A stretch of 64,000 nt of DNA from Alphaproteobacteria bacterium (GTDB lineage Bacteria; Pseudomonadota; Alphaproteobacteria; MPNO01; UBA830): the NCBI GenBank assembly GCA_964291215.2, contig OZ219790.1, positions 1 to 64,000 on the forward strand. Direction: 5' to 3'. Under the pieces are notes generated by a model that was given only the letters and a program-made list of their open reading frames with translations, was not told the DNA's origin and made no database searches. Of this stretch, positions 40,937 through 49,910 are shown piece after piece; the first letter of the stretch is position 1; each line of letters begins with the position of its first letter. A program made the position numbers and the translations under genes.

Positions 40937-41203
40937 TCAGTGATAGTCGATCAGGTCCACGGCCTCGCCGTCCTCGAAGCGGAACACCACGCGCCAGTTG
41001 CCCGAGACGCGGACGCTCCACTGGCCCGCACGACCGCCCTTCAGGGGATGCAGCCGGAAGCCCGGCGCGTCGGCGCTGCCCGGATGCGTTGCCTCTTGCA
41101 GCCGAAACAGGATGCGCTTCAGTCGTGGCGCGAGAGTAGCAGGCACCCGTACGGGATTGTCCCGCTCGTGCAGCGCCCGCAATCCCTTGTGCCTGATCTT
41201 CAT
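40937..41203 (-). CDS. higB: HigB (RelE-family) toxin
   Basis: HKGL, RLHPLKG, WSVRVSGNWRVVFRF, terminal DYH. Confidence 0.92.
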   Translation of the reverse strand: MKIRHKGLRALHERDNPVRVPATLAPRLKRILFRLQEATHPGSADAPGFRLHPLKGGRAGQWSVRVSGNWRVVFRFEDGEAVDLIDYH

Positions 41204-41319
41204 GATTGACTATGGCGCGCCACGCCACGCGCCGCAAGCATCCGCCGCGTCGTCGCGTTCAGCGGCAATGCTGCGGAGCGGTAGCGGGAGCGTCCGGGCC
41301 CGCACCACCGCCGACGGCG

Positions 41320-41573
41320 CAGACCGGGCGAATGACGCTACCGATGAACGGGACTTCGCGCATTGCATCGTTCCCTCGTGCTTCCTATAGTGCCGCTTGG
41401 AAGCCGCGCGGCGGTTCGCAGGACTGTCTTCGCAAGTGCGCGGCGGGCGCTGTCGCTCAAGCGCCGCTCGGGCTGAATGCCGGTGGCACAACGGCTTGCA
41501 TGGCCCGACGGGTTGAGCGGTCAGGAAGCGCGATTGGAACGCCCTTCGGCGCGGTGGTTCACACACCCGACGC
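41320..41573. repeat. Conserved right end of element B
   Basis: Copy of 34034-34289. Confidence 0.9.
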
Positions 41574-42085
41574 GCTGCACACGACGCTGGCGACGCTGAT
41601 CACCCGGCGCTGCGGCGCAGACCAGGTCTTCCCGGTCAAGGGCGCCCGAAACCTTCGACGGCATCGACCGGGAGACGGATGCCAGCGGCCGCTTCAGGGA
41701 GGCAAGGCCCGCCTCGAGCAGCGCTCGATACGTGCCGCTCGAGGACCTGATCAACTACCCCGGCCAGACCGCCCGCATGCTACCGCAAGCCGCCGGGAAA
41801 GAGCGCCAGCGGCGCAGCGAGCGGCAACGACTGCACCGGTACATCATCACCTCGATCGATGCGCAACACGCGTCGCCAGAGGAACTGCTGCGGCCGCGGG
41901 CTGTGGAAAACATGAACCACCGAGACTGCGTCTTCGGCGAGGACGCCTGCCTGACCCGCAAACCGCGCCAGCCTCGACAACATCGCGCTCGCGGTGATCT
42001 TCGCCAACCGACGCGAGAGCCTTGCCGAAACACGGCAGCGGCTCGACCGCCGGGAAGCCGTCGCAGCCCTGAGCGCCAATGGTGT
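41574..42085 (+). pseudogene. ISAs1 transposase piece 3
   Basis: [34 protein letters not shown]; end approximate. Confidence 0.82.
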
Positions 42086-42319
42086 CCGGCCGATTCCCGG
42101 ACGCCGCCCACAACCCGCCCACATCCCGAAAACAACCCGCCCACGCGCCGCCGGCGACGACCGCGGACGGCTCCGAAGCCGGAAAACCCGGCACGCCGTG
42201 AAACCTCCGGACAGCAGAAGACAGCAAAATTGAATGCAGCGTGGGAAAGGCATGCGGCGCGTTGCGTCCGCGTTGCCGGCGATATATGTCTTTGGATCGG
42301 CAACGGACGAAAGACAGAG

Positions 42320-42835
42320 ATGGCGGAACAATACAGCAAGGCCTTTCCGGTCTCCTGGGACCAGCTTCATCGCGATGCAAAGGCGCTCGCCTGGCGCCTG
42401 ACGGCGGGTGCGGAACCCTGGCGCTGCGTCGTTGCAGTCACCCGCGGCGGTCTAGTACCGGCCGCAATCGTCGCCAGGGAGCTTGAGGTTCGCATGATCG
42501 ACACCATCTGCGTGTCCTCGTACGACCATCAGGATCACGGGGCACTGCAGCTTCTCAAGGGTATCGAGGACACCGAGCGGGGACGCAACATCCTGATCGT
42601 CGACGACCTTGTTGATACAGGACAAACCGCCCGGATCGTGCGCAACCTGCTGCCCGAGGCGCACTTTGCAACCGTCTACGCCAAGCCCGAGGGCCGTCCG
42701 ATGGTTGACACCTTCATCACCGAAGTCAGCCAGGACACCTGGATTTTCTTCCCCTGGGACACTGAGTTGCGCTTCGTCGAACCCATTGCGAAGCAGCCGC
42801 CGGGAACGGAGCCGGTGGCCGGCGCAGCCGGTTAG
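42320..42835 (+). CDS. gpt: Xanthine-guanine phosphoribosyltransferase
   Basis: [32 protein letters not shown]. Confidence 0.94.
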   Translation: MAEQYSKAFPVSWDQLHRDAKALAWRLTAGAEPWRCVVAVTRGGLVPAAIVARELEVRMIDTICVSSYDHQDHGALQLLKGIEDTERGRNILIVDDLVDTGQTARIVRNLLPEAHFATVYAKPEGRPMVDTFITEVSQDTWIFFPWDTELRFVEPIAKQPPGTEPVAGAAG

Positions 42836-42874
42836 CGGATTTCGCCTCCGATCGCTGGCGACCGGACCTCGCCT

Positions 42875-43807
42875 TCAATAGCCGCGCCCGCGGTCGACCC
42901 CGCCGGGCATTGATTCTCCGGCAAGGATCTGCGTTATGCTTCCGGCCAGGATCGAGCCGGCCTCTTCCGGCAGCGCCCAGGCGGCGGCATGGGGAAAGAG
43001 CGTGATTCCCGGGTGTTGCCAGAAGGGGTGGTCTCCGGGAAGCGGTTCCTCGCGGAAGACATCGAGCGTGGCATGGGACAGTTGTCCGCTGTCGAGGGCA
43101 TCGAGGAGATCCGCCTCGACAACATGCCTGCCCCGACCTGCGTTGATGAGCGTCGCACCCCGCGGCATCGCGCCCAGCAGAGTGGCGTCGATAATGTCTT
43201 CGGTCTCCGCCGTCAGCGGCAGCAAGCAGACAAGGATCTCGCTCCGTTCGACCAGCGGGAACAGGTCTTGATCGCCTGTGTACGTCCCAATTCCCTCGAT
43301 CGACTTGGGCGAAGCCGACCATCCGGATACCCGGAAGCCGAGATTGTGCAGTGTTTCGGCGCAGGCGCGCCCGAGATATCCGAGACCGAGAATCCCGACC
43401 CTGCGGCTCGGGGCCAGTGGCTGGTGCAACAGGTTCCATTGCCGACGCGATTGCTGGAGGCGGTATGCCGCTTCCTGCCGGTGATGGCGCAGCACCTCCA
43501 TGGTCACGAACTCGACCATCGCCGACCGAAGTCCCGGATCGATCAGCCGGACGACCGGAACTTCGTGTGGGAGCCCGGGATCGCGAAGCACATGCTCGAC
43601 ACCGGCGCCGAGCGAAAGGACCGCCCTGAGTCGGGGAAACGTCGCGAGGATACCCGGTGGCGGCTGCCAGACCACGGCTATGTCGATGTCTTCCGCCGGT
43701 CCCGTATCGCGAGGCCAGACCCGGAACTCGAGTTCCGGAAGCTCGGCCTCGAGCGCAACCTTCCAGCCTTCCGGATCTTCGCCGCGGCAGATGATGATGA
43801 CCGCCAT
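42875..43807 (-). CDS. ghrA: Glyoxylate/hydroxypyruvate reductase A-like
   Basis: GAGVE, GLGYLG, LPLTAET, INAGRG, LDVF..EPLP. Confidence 0.85.
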   Translation of the reverse strand: MAVIIICRGEDPEGWKVALEAELPELEFRVWPRDTGPAEDIDIAVVWQPPPGILATFPRLRAVLSLGAGVEHVLRDPGLPHEVPVVRLIDPGLRSAMVEFVTMEVLRHHRQEAAYRLQQSRRQWNLLHQPLAPSRRVGILGLGYLGRACAETLHNLGFRVSGWSASPKSIEGIGTYTGDQDLFPLVERSEILVCLLPLTAETEDIIDATLLGAMPRGATLINAGRGRHVVEADLLDALDSGQLSHATLDVFREEPLPGDHPFWQHPGITLFPHAAAWALPEEAGSILAGSITQILAGESMPGGVDRGRGY

Positions 43808-43893
43808 GCATCCAGTCTCCCGTCCTCGCAATTTGATATGCGTCCATTTTGGCGTTAATCCATGCCCGGGTCAGCAAGGGTGGGGGCAAGGCG

Positions 43894-44694
43894 GTGAAGG
43901 TCGGAATCGCTGGTTTTGGAACGATCGGACGGTCGATAGCCGCAGCTCTCGGGCGTGGCATCGAGGGCATGGAGCTTGCCGCCGTCTGTTCCGGGGACGA
44001 TGACCGAGCGCGCCGAGCCATGGCGGGACTCTGCGATCCGGTGCCGGTCGTCGAACCGGCAGCGCTTGCCGCGCGCTGCGACATCATCGTCGAGTGTGCG
44101 CCGAAGGCGGCCTTCCGATCGATTGCCGAGCCCGCGCTCGGGACCGGGCGGATCTTGGTGACGGTAAGCGCCGCCGCGATTCTCGAAAACCCCGAAATGG
44201 TCGAACTCGCCACGACGAACAGGGCGCAGATCATTCTTGCTACCGGCGCGCTCCTCGGCCTTGACGCCGTGCGCGCGGCGGCCGAGGGCGAGATCCACGA
44301 GGTGCGCATGATCACCCGCAAGCCGCCCGACTCGCTCGAGGGCGCGCCCTATCTGCTGGAAAACGGCGTATCGCTCGAAACTCTTCAGGAACCGCTGAGG
44401 GTCTTCGAGGGTTCGGCGCGCGAGGGCGCCCGCGGCTTTCCGGCCAACGTCAATGTGGCGGCGGCTCTCGGCCTTGCCGGGGTGGGGCCCGACCGGACCC
44501 GCCTCGAGATCTGGGCTGATCCCGCGCTCGATCGCAACACTCATCAGATCGAGGTCGACGCCGACACCGCGCGGTTCTCGCTGAAGATCGAGAACGTACC
44601 GACGGTCGAGAATCCGAAGACCGGAAAAATCACGGCCCTGAGCGTCATCGCTGCGCTGAGGGCGCTTACCGCGCCGCTTCGGGCGGGAAGCTGA
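43894..44694 (+). CDS. nadX: Aspartate dehydrogenase family
   Basis: GFGTIG, GLDAVRAA, FPANVNVAAA, ENPKTG. Confidence 0.88.
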   Translation: MKVGIAGFGTIGRSIAAALGRGIEGMELAAVCSGDDDRARRAMAGLCDPVPVVEPAALAARCDIIVECAPKAAFRSIAEPALGTGRILVTVSAAAILENPEMVELATTNRAQIILATGALLGLDAVRAAAEGEIHEVRMITRKPPDSLEGAPYLLENGVSLETLQEPLRVFEGSAREGARGFPANVNVAAALGLAGVGPDRTRLEIWADPALDRNTHQIEVDADTARFSLKIENVPTVENPKTGKITALSVIAALRALTAPLRAGS

Positions 44695-44719
44695 AACCTC
44701 CGCGGGAGCGCGAAACGAC

Positions 44720-45610
44720 ATGGAATACAAGACTCTCAAATGGGAACTCAGGGACAACCCTCAACGGCCCGGGGAACAGTCCATCGGGCTGCTTACATTC
44801 AACCGCCCAGAGTTCCTGAATGCGGTCGATGTCCGCATGCGGGTCGAACTCGATGTGCTCTGCGATGAAATCACCCACAACTCCAACCTCAAGGTCATCG
44901 TTGTCACTGGCGAGGGCAGGGCGTTTTCCGCTGGCGGCGACCTCAAGACCGAGGCCGGGCCGCTCGGCGCCGGTGAAGAGGATTTCGATTTTGGCAGCTT
45001 CGGCGCCTACCGGGATCTCGCCAGCTACTTCTTCAACGACCTCCGCCATCAGGTGCTGCAGCGCGCTTTCCGCAAGTTCGAGGACTTGCCCTGCATCGTG
45101 ATCGCCGCCATCAATGGGCCCGCGGTCGGAATCGGCCTTGAAATCTGCACACTCTGCGACCTGCGCTTTGCGTCGGACAGGGCACGGATGGGTGAGGTCG
45201 CGGTGCCGGCGGGATTCCTCCCCGAATCGGGGGGAGCGCGGAACCTTCCGAAACTGGTGGGCGTCGGCAAGGCCCTCGATCTGATCCTCACCGGGCGCAT
45301 CATCGATGCCGAAGAGGCGCTCGATATCGGTCTCGTCGAACGGATCTTCCCGCATGACGACCTGCTCCGCGGGACTTTCGCCTATGCTGGCGAGATCGCC
45401 TCCAACCCCTATCTCTCGGTGCGCTACGCCAAGGATCTGGTCAAGATGTACTGGAACCATAACCGCACCGACGAGGGTTGGGCGCGCGAATTCGCGGCGA
45501 TCCAGGAGATCACGCGCACCGGGGACTGCGTCGAGGGCATCCGCGCCTTCCTCGAGAAACGTCCGCCCCGTTACCGCGGTCCTCTCTATGGAGGCGAAAC
45601 GGATACATGA
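44720..45610 (+). CDS. Enoyl-CoA hydratase/isomerase family
   Basis: FNRPEFLNA, AFSAGGDL, AINGPAVG. Confidence 0.88.
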   Translation: MEYKTLKWELRDNPQRPGEQSIGLLTFNRPEFLNAVDVRMRVELDVLCDEITHNSNLKVIVVTGEGRAFSAGGDLKTEAGPLGAGEEDFDFGSFGAYRDLASYFFNDLRHQVLQRAFRKFEDLPCIVIAAINGPAVGIGLEICTLCDLRFASDRARMGEVAVPAGFLPESGGARNLPKLVGVGKALDLILTGRIIDAEEALDIGLVERIFPHDDLLRGTFAYAGEIASNPYLSVRYAKDLVKMYWNHNRTDEGWAREFAAIQEITRTGDCVEGIRAFLEKRPPRYRGPLYGGETDT

Positions 45611-47184
45611 CTCCGCCTCTCCCGGATCCGCCGCCAGGCTACCGGGCGATCCCGCCGCGTCTGAATATCGCCCGGGAAGCCGTCGGGAACATTGACACAA
45701 GATCTCTCGGGGACCGGACCGCCTTCGTCTGGGACGGCGGTCGGCTGAGTTATCGGGATCTCGAGGCCAGGGTCGACCGCCTCGGCCACGGGCTTGCGGC
45801 GTGCGGAATCGTGCGCGACATGCCCGTGCTCGTCATCATGCACAACTGCCACGAGTTCGCGGAGGCGGTGCTCGCGCTGTTCAAGCTCGGGGCCGTACCG
45901 GTTCTCGTCAACTCGCTCTCCGGAGCCGAGGAGCTCCGCTATGTCGCCGATCATTCGGAAGCCGCCGCTGCAATCGTCGTTGCCGGCCGCGCTGACACGT
46001 TGCAGGCCGCAGGGTGCAGTCTTCCGAGTGGCGTGGTCGTGGTACGCGGTACCCCAGCCGGTGGCGCCGTTGCATACGAGGCGCTCGTCGGGGGCGCTCC
46101 GGGAGCCTCTCTCGCCACTGCCGACACGGCAGCGGACGAGCCGGCGTTCATCGTCTACACCTCGGGGACTACTGGCCGGCCCAAGGGCATCGTCCATGCC
46201 CACCGCTGGATCGCTGCGCTCGGCGATTCCAACCGCTACCGCGTCCCGGTCGAAAGCGACGATCGTGCGCTCGCTACCGGCGAATGGAGCTTCATCAGCG
46301 CGCTCGGCCACAACGTCCTGTTTCCGCTCCGGAACGGCGTCACTGGCGTGATCCTCGAGGAGCGCCCCACGCCGGAGAATGTCCTCGCGGCCGTGGACCG
46401 GCACCGGGTGACGTTGCTTTACTCGGTAGCTACCGTCTACCGGCGCATCCTCGCCATTGACGATGTCGAGCGGCAGTACGACCTGTCCTCTCTTCGCGGC
46501 TGCAACGCTACCGGCGAGGCGCTCGAGGCAGCGACCTGGCAGGATTTCCGCGACCGGATCGGTTGCGACATCTGGGAGCATTACGGCCTTTCGGAAATGC
46601 AGATGGTGATGGGACAGGGCCCCCTGCTGCCCGTGCGGCCGGGATCCGTCGGCATCCCGATGCCGGGAACCATGGCTGCCGTCATGGACGACGATTACCG
46701 GCGCGTGGCCGACGGCGAGATCGGACACCTCCTCATCGCCTCCGACAATCCCGGCTTCTTTCTCGGCTACCACAGGGACCCTGAGAAGACGAGCGAAGTC
46801 GTCCGTGATGGCTGGTACCACACCGGAGATCTCGCCTTCCGCGATGCCGACGGCTTCTTCTGGATCGCCGGGCGCAGTGACGATTGCTTCAAGAGCCGCG
46901 GGATCCTGATCTCCCCCTACGAAGTCGAAAACGTGCTCCGCCAGTATCCCGGAATCGCGGAGGCCTGCGTGGTGCCGCTGGCCGACGGCGAGATCGGCAA
47001 CCGGATTCGTGCCGTGTGCGTGCTCCGTCAGAGCCACGCGCACCGGCGCGGGCTTGCCGACGATGTCAGGTCGCATGTCCGCGGTCGCATCGCACCCTAC
47101 AAGGTGCCGCATGTCGTGGAATTCGTCGATTCGCTCCCGAAGAGCGTCGTCGGCAAGATCCTGCGCCGGGAGCTGGCGTCCTGA
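45607..47184 (+). CDS. Acyl/aryl-CoA ligase
   Basis: YTSGTTGRPKG, YGLSE, YHTGD, GRSDD, LPKSVVGKI. Confidence 0.9.
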   Translation: MTPPLPDPPPGYRAIPPRLNIAREAVGNIDTRSLGDRTAFVWDGGRLSYRDLEARVDRLGHGLAACGIVRDMPVLVIMHNCHEFAEAVLALFKLGAVPVLVNSLSGAEELRYVADHSEAAAAIVVAGRADTLQAAGCSLPSGVVVVRGTPAGGAVAYEALVGGAPGASLATADTAADEPAFIVYTSGTTGRPKGIVHAHRWIAALGDSNRYRVPVESDDRALATGEWSFISALGHNVLFPLRNGVTGVILEERPTPENVLAAVDRHRVTLLYSVATVYRRILAIDDVERQYDLSSLRGCNATGEALEAATWQDFRDRIGCDIWEHYGLSEMQMVMGQGPLLPVRPGSVGIPMPGTMAAVMDDDYRRVADGEIGHLLIASDNPGFFLGYHRDPEKTSEVVRDGWYHTGDLAFRDADGFFWIAGRSDDCFKSRGILISPYEVENVLRQYPGIAEACVVPLADGEIGNRIRAVCVLRQSHAHRRGLADDVRSHVRGRIAPYKVPHVVEFVDSLPKSVVGKILRRELAS

Positions 47185-48389
47185 CAGATCCTCCACAGCC
47201 GCGCACAGGCTGGCTGTTCTTGTCGGCCCTGGTCCTGATCACGCTGATCGGGCCCCTCGCCGTGCATATGTACATTCCGATCATGCCGACGATCCAGGCC
47301 GCGTTCGCGGTGTCGACGGAACTTGCGACCCTGAGCTTCAGCATGGTCCTGTTCGTTATGGCCTTCGGCACGCTCCTTTATGGCGGAGCGTCGGACCGGT
47401 TCGGCCGTCGTCCCGTGCTCCTTGCCGGGCTGTCGCTGTTCGTCGGTGGCTCGTTCGTGTGCGCCGTCGCCTGGAGTTTCGATATTCTCCTTCTCGGCCG
47501 CTTTTTGCAGGCGCTCGCGGCTGGTTGCGGCGTAGTACTGGCACGCGCGATCGCACGCGACGTCTACGGCCCCGAGAAGCTCGCCCAAGTCATCGCCTAC
47601 CTTACCGCGGCCTACGTGCTCGGGCCGACCCTCGCACCGCCGGCAGGGGGGTTCGTTTCCGACCTCTTCGGCTGGCACGGGGTCTTCGCCGGCGCGTCCG
47701 CGATGTCCCTGCTCGTGGTTCTCGCTGCCGTGCTGGTCATCCGTGAAACCCATCATGCGAGACGGGCGGCGCGGCGCCCGCTCGCCCAGTTCGGCGATTA
47801 TCGCCTGCTGGCCCGTAATCCGGTCTTTGTCGGCTATGCCTTCGCGCCCGCGATGACTTCAGGTTCGTTTTTTGCGCTGGCAGCCTACGCGTCCTATCTC
47901 ATGTCGGATCATTATCACGGATCGGCAGGCGAATACGGCCTTTACTTCATGTTGCTGACGGTCGGCTTCATGGCCGGAAACTTCATCTGCGGGCGCCTCG
48001 GCAGCCGTGTGCGCAGTGGCGACACGGTGTTGTTCGGCACTGCATCCGGGATCGCCGCCTCGCTGCTCCTCGCTGTTTTCGTCAGCCTCTTCCCGGCGGA
48101 GCCCTTGGCGCTGTTCGTCCCCGGGTTCTTCATCGGGGTCGGGCAGGGCCTGGCGATGCCCCACGCCCAGGCGATCGCGATCAATTCCGAACCCAAACTG
48201 ACCGGAACTGCCTCAGGTGCCGTGATGTGCCTTCATTTCCTGCTTGCGGCTATCGCCTCGCTCGGGATTTCGACCTTTTATGACGGAACATTCTTGCCGC
48301 TCTTGGTGGTACTTCTGGGGCTCACGGTTCTTTCGCTGTTCTCGGCGCTGTTCGGGTACGTGCACGCGCGCCGCCGGAGCGTCGCCTGA
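47181..48389 (+). CDS. Bcr/CflA-type MFS efflux transporter
   Basis: MYIPIMP, SDRFGRRPVL, ARAIARD; start uncertain. Confidence 0.85.
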   Translation: MTDPPQPRTGWLFLSALVLITLIGPLAVHMYIPIMPTIQAAFAVSTELATLSFSMVLFVMAFGTLLYGGASDRFGRRPVLLAGLSLFVGGSFVCAVAWSFDILLLGRFLQALAAGCGVVLARAIARDVYGPEKLAQVIAYLTAAYVLGPTLAPPAGGFVSDLFGWHGVFAGASAMSLLVVLAAVLVIRETHHARRAARRPLAQFGDYRLLARNPVFVGYAFAPAMTSGSFFALAAYASYLMSDHYHGSAGEYGLYFMLLTVGFMAGNFICGRLGSRVRSGDTVLFGTASGIAASLLLAVFVSLFPAEPLALFVPGFFIGVGQGLAMPHAQAIAINSEPKLTGTASGAVMCLHFLLAAIASLGISTFYDGTFLPLLVVLLGLTVLSLFSALFGYVHARRRSVA

Positions 48390-48406
48390 CGGCAGCAGTC
48401 CGGCCT

Positions 48407-49372
48407 TCAGGTGCGGTCGAAGACCGCTCCGTGCCGACCCAGCGCTTTGAGAGCTTCCAGGAGAGGTTCCCGGACCAGGATGTCGTCCTGCGTCACTGCG
48501 GGAAGGTCGGGATAAAGCTCGCCATAGAGCGTCAGCTGCCGCGCCCAGTGCGTCTCGGTCATTTCTCCGTTCACGGCGAAGGCGCCCGAGTCATGCTCCC
48601 ATTTCCAGATGGCGCGCAGCTGGTCTTCAGGTATCTCGACCGTCATGTGCGCCTCATAGACTCCGCGAAAGGTCGAAAACTCGTCATTGAGTGCACGCGA
48701 CGCACGCAACAGGCCGCAGACGAGGCCCGCAACCGTGTCGGGCCGCTGGCTTATGAAGGACTCGCGCGCTCCGAGCACACCATGCGGCTGGACCGGGACG
48801 AGCTCGCCGAGCGCTGCCGAATCGAGAAGGCAGTGAATGCGGTCGCCGTGAGAGAGCTCGAGAAACGCGGCCTCCTCGACGCGGATGAGGGAGGCGTCGA
48901 CTTCGCCTTCGAGGAGGAGGGCAATGCGTTCTGGCGGCGGGCCGGCGACACGCCATGAAATCCGCTCCTCGTCAATGCCGAGAGCGCGCACCACGAGCCG
49001 CGCCATGTGATGGCTGAGCGCATTGGTCCCGTCAATTGCCCATGCGGCGCCGGCGAGGTCGTCCGTCGATTCGATACCGATGCGAGTGACGAGATTCTGA
49101 GCAAGCCCCCGCGCCATGGAGACGAAGGCGCGGACCGGATTTCCCCCGGAGCGGCAGCGGATAAGCGGACCGAGCCCGCCATAGGAGACGTCGACGCTGC
49201 CGTCGCAGACGGCGTTGATGGCCGCGACTCCGCCATGGACCGGAGTCCAGCGGACATCGAGCCCCTCGTCGGCCCAGCATCCGAGCGTCGTCGCAGCTGC
49301 GCAGGCGAGGTCGTCTATTCCGAAGGTGGGGCCGGAGCCGGCGGCGAGGCATACCGTGTCCCTGTCAGCCAT
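48407..49372 (-). CDS. ABC substrate-binding protein (SsuA/NMT1-like), no obvious signal peptide
   Basis: DEGLDV..GG..A..A, ERIALLLEGEVDA pattern. Confidence 0.6.
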   Translation of the reverse strand: MADRDTVCLAAGSGPTFGIDDLACAAATTLGCWADEGLDVRWTPVHGGVAAINAVCDGSVDVSYGGLGPLIRCRSGGNPVRAFVSMARGLAQNLVTRIGIESTDDLAGAAWAIDGTNALSHHMARLVVRALGIDEERISWRVAGPPPERIALLLEGEVDASLIRVEEAAFLELSHGDRIHCLLDSAALGELVPVQPHGVLGARESFISQRPDTVAGLVCGLLRASRALNDEFSTFRGVYEAHMTVEIPEDQLRAIWKWEHDSGAFAVNGEMTETHWARQLTLYGELYPDLPAVTQDDILVREPLLEALKALGRHGAVFDRT

Positions 49373-49850
49373 TGTCGGGTCCTTCCTGTTCCAAGGCGGC
49401 GCGGCGGCGCACGAAATGGAGGCTGGTGAGTGTCATGACGATTTCATCCCTCTGGTTGTAGGTGTCATAGCGTATGCGCACTGCGTCGTGCCCGCGCGCA
49501 CCGCGCGCCGGCGAGACCTCGATCACATGGGCCAGTACACGGAGCGTGTCGCCGGCCCGTACCGGCAGTTTCCAGCGCAGGCTGTCGACCCCCGGCGAGC
49601 CCATGCCGCTGGTGGCGAGTACTCCGGTGCGAGCGAACAGTCCGAAGGTTACCGCCGCCGTCTGATAGCCGGGAGCGATGAGGGCGCCGAAGCTGGTCTC
49701 TCTGGCGGCCACCGGGTCGGTGTGATAGGGGAGCGGCGCATAGCGCTGTCCGAATGCGATGATCTCCTCTTCGCCAAGGGTGCAGCTGTCCGTCTCGTAG
49801 ACTTGGCCTTCCTCGAAATCCTCGAAGAACAGCAGTTGTACGACCTTCAT
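49365..49850 (-). CDS. MaoC family dehydratase
   Basis: FEDFEEG, HTDPVAA, FGALIAPG, PVRAGDTL. Confidence 0.88.
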   Translation of the reverse strand: MKVVQLLFFEDFEEGQVYETDSCTLGEEEIIAFGQRYAPLPYHTDPVAARETSFGALIAPGYQTAAVTFGLFARTGVLATSGMGSPGVDSLRWKLPVRAGDTLRVLAHVIEVSPARGARGHDAVRIRYDTYNQRDEIVMTLTSLHFVRRRAALEQEGPDNG

Positions 49851-49910
49851 TCCCGTTTTTCCTCCGGTACCTGCGGCGGACGCTTCCGCTCCGTCGAAAC
49901 GCGGTCAGTC

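Larger units (their letters stand above)
34290..41573 (+). mobile_element. Integrative element B (dual tyrosine recombinase, apparently intact)
   Basis: Bounded by CGACGC at 34284-34289 and 41568-41573. Confidence 0.85.
23571..42254 (+). mobile_element. ISAs1-family IS expanded to 18.7 kb by nested insertions
   Basis: Left IR CAGGAAATTCCCGCGCCA at 23571; right IR CAGCGTGGGAAAGGCATG ending 42254; 9-bp TSD CGGCGCGTT at 23562-23570 and 42255-42263; transposase found in three pieces. Confidence 0.88.

Noticed and set aside
26167-41573. Integron or prophage
   Set aside because: No attC-like cassette array or IntI insertion recognised; no phage structural or replication genes
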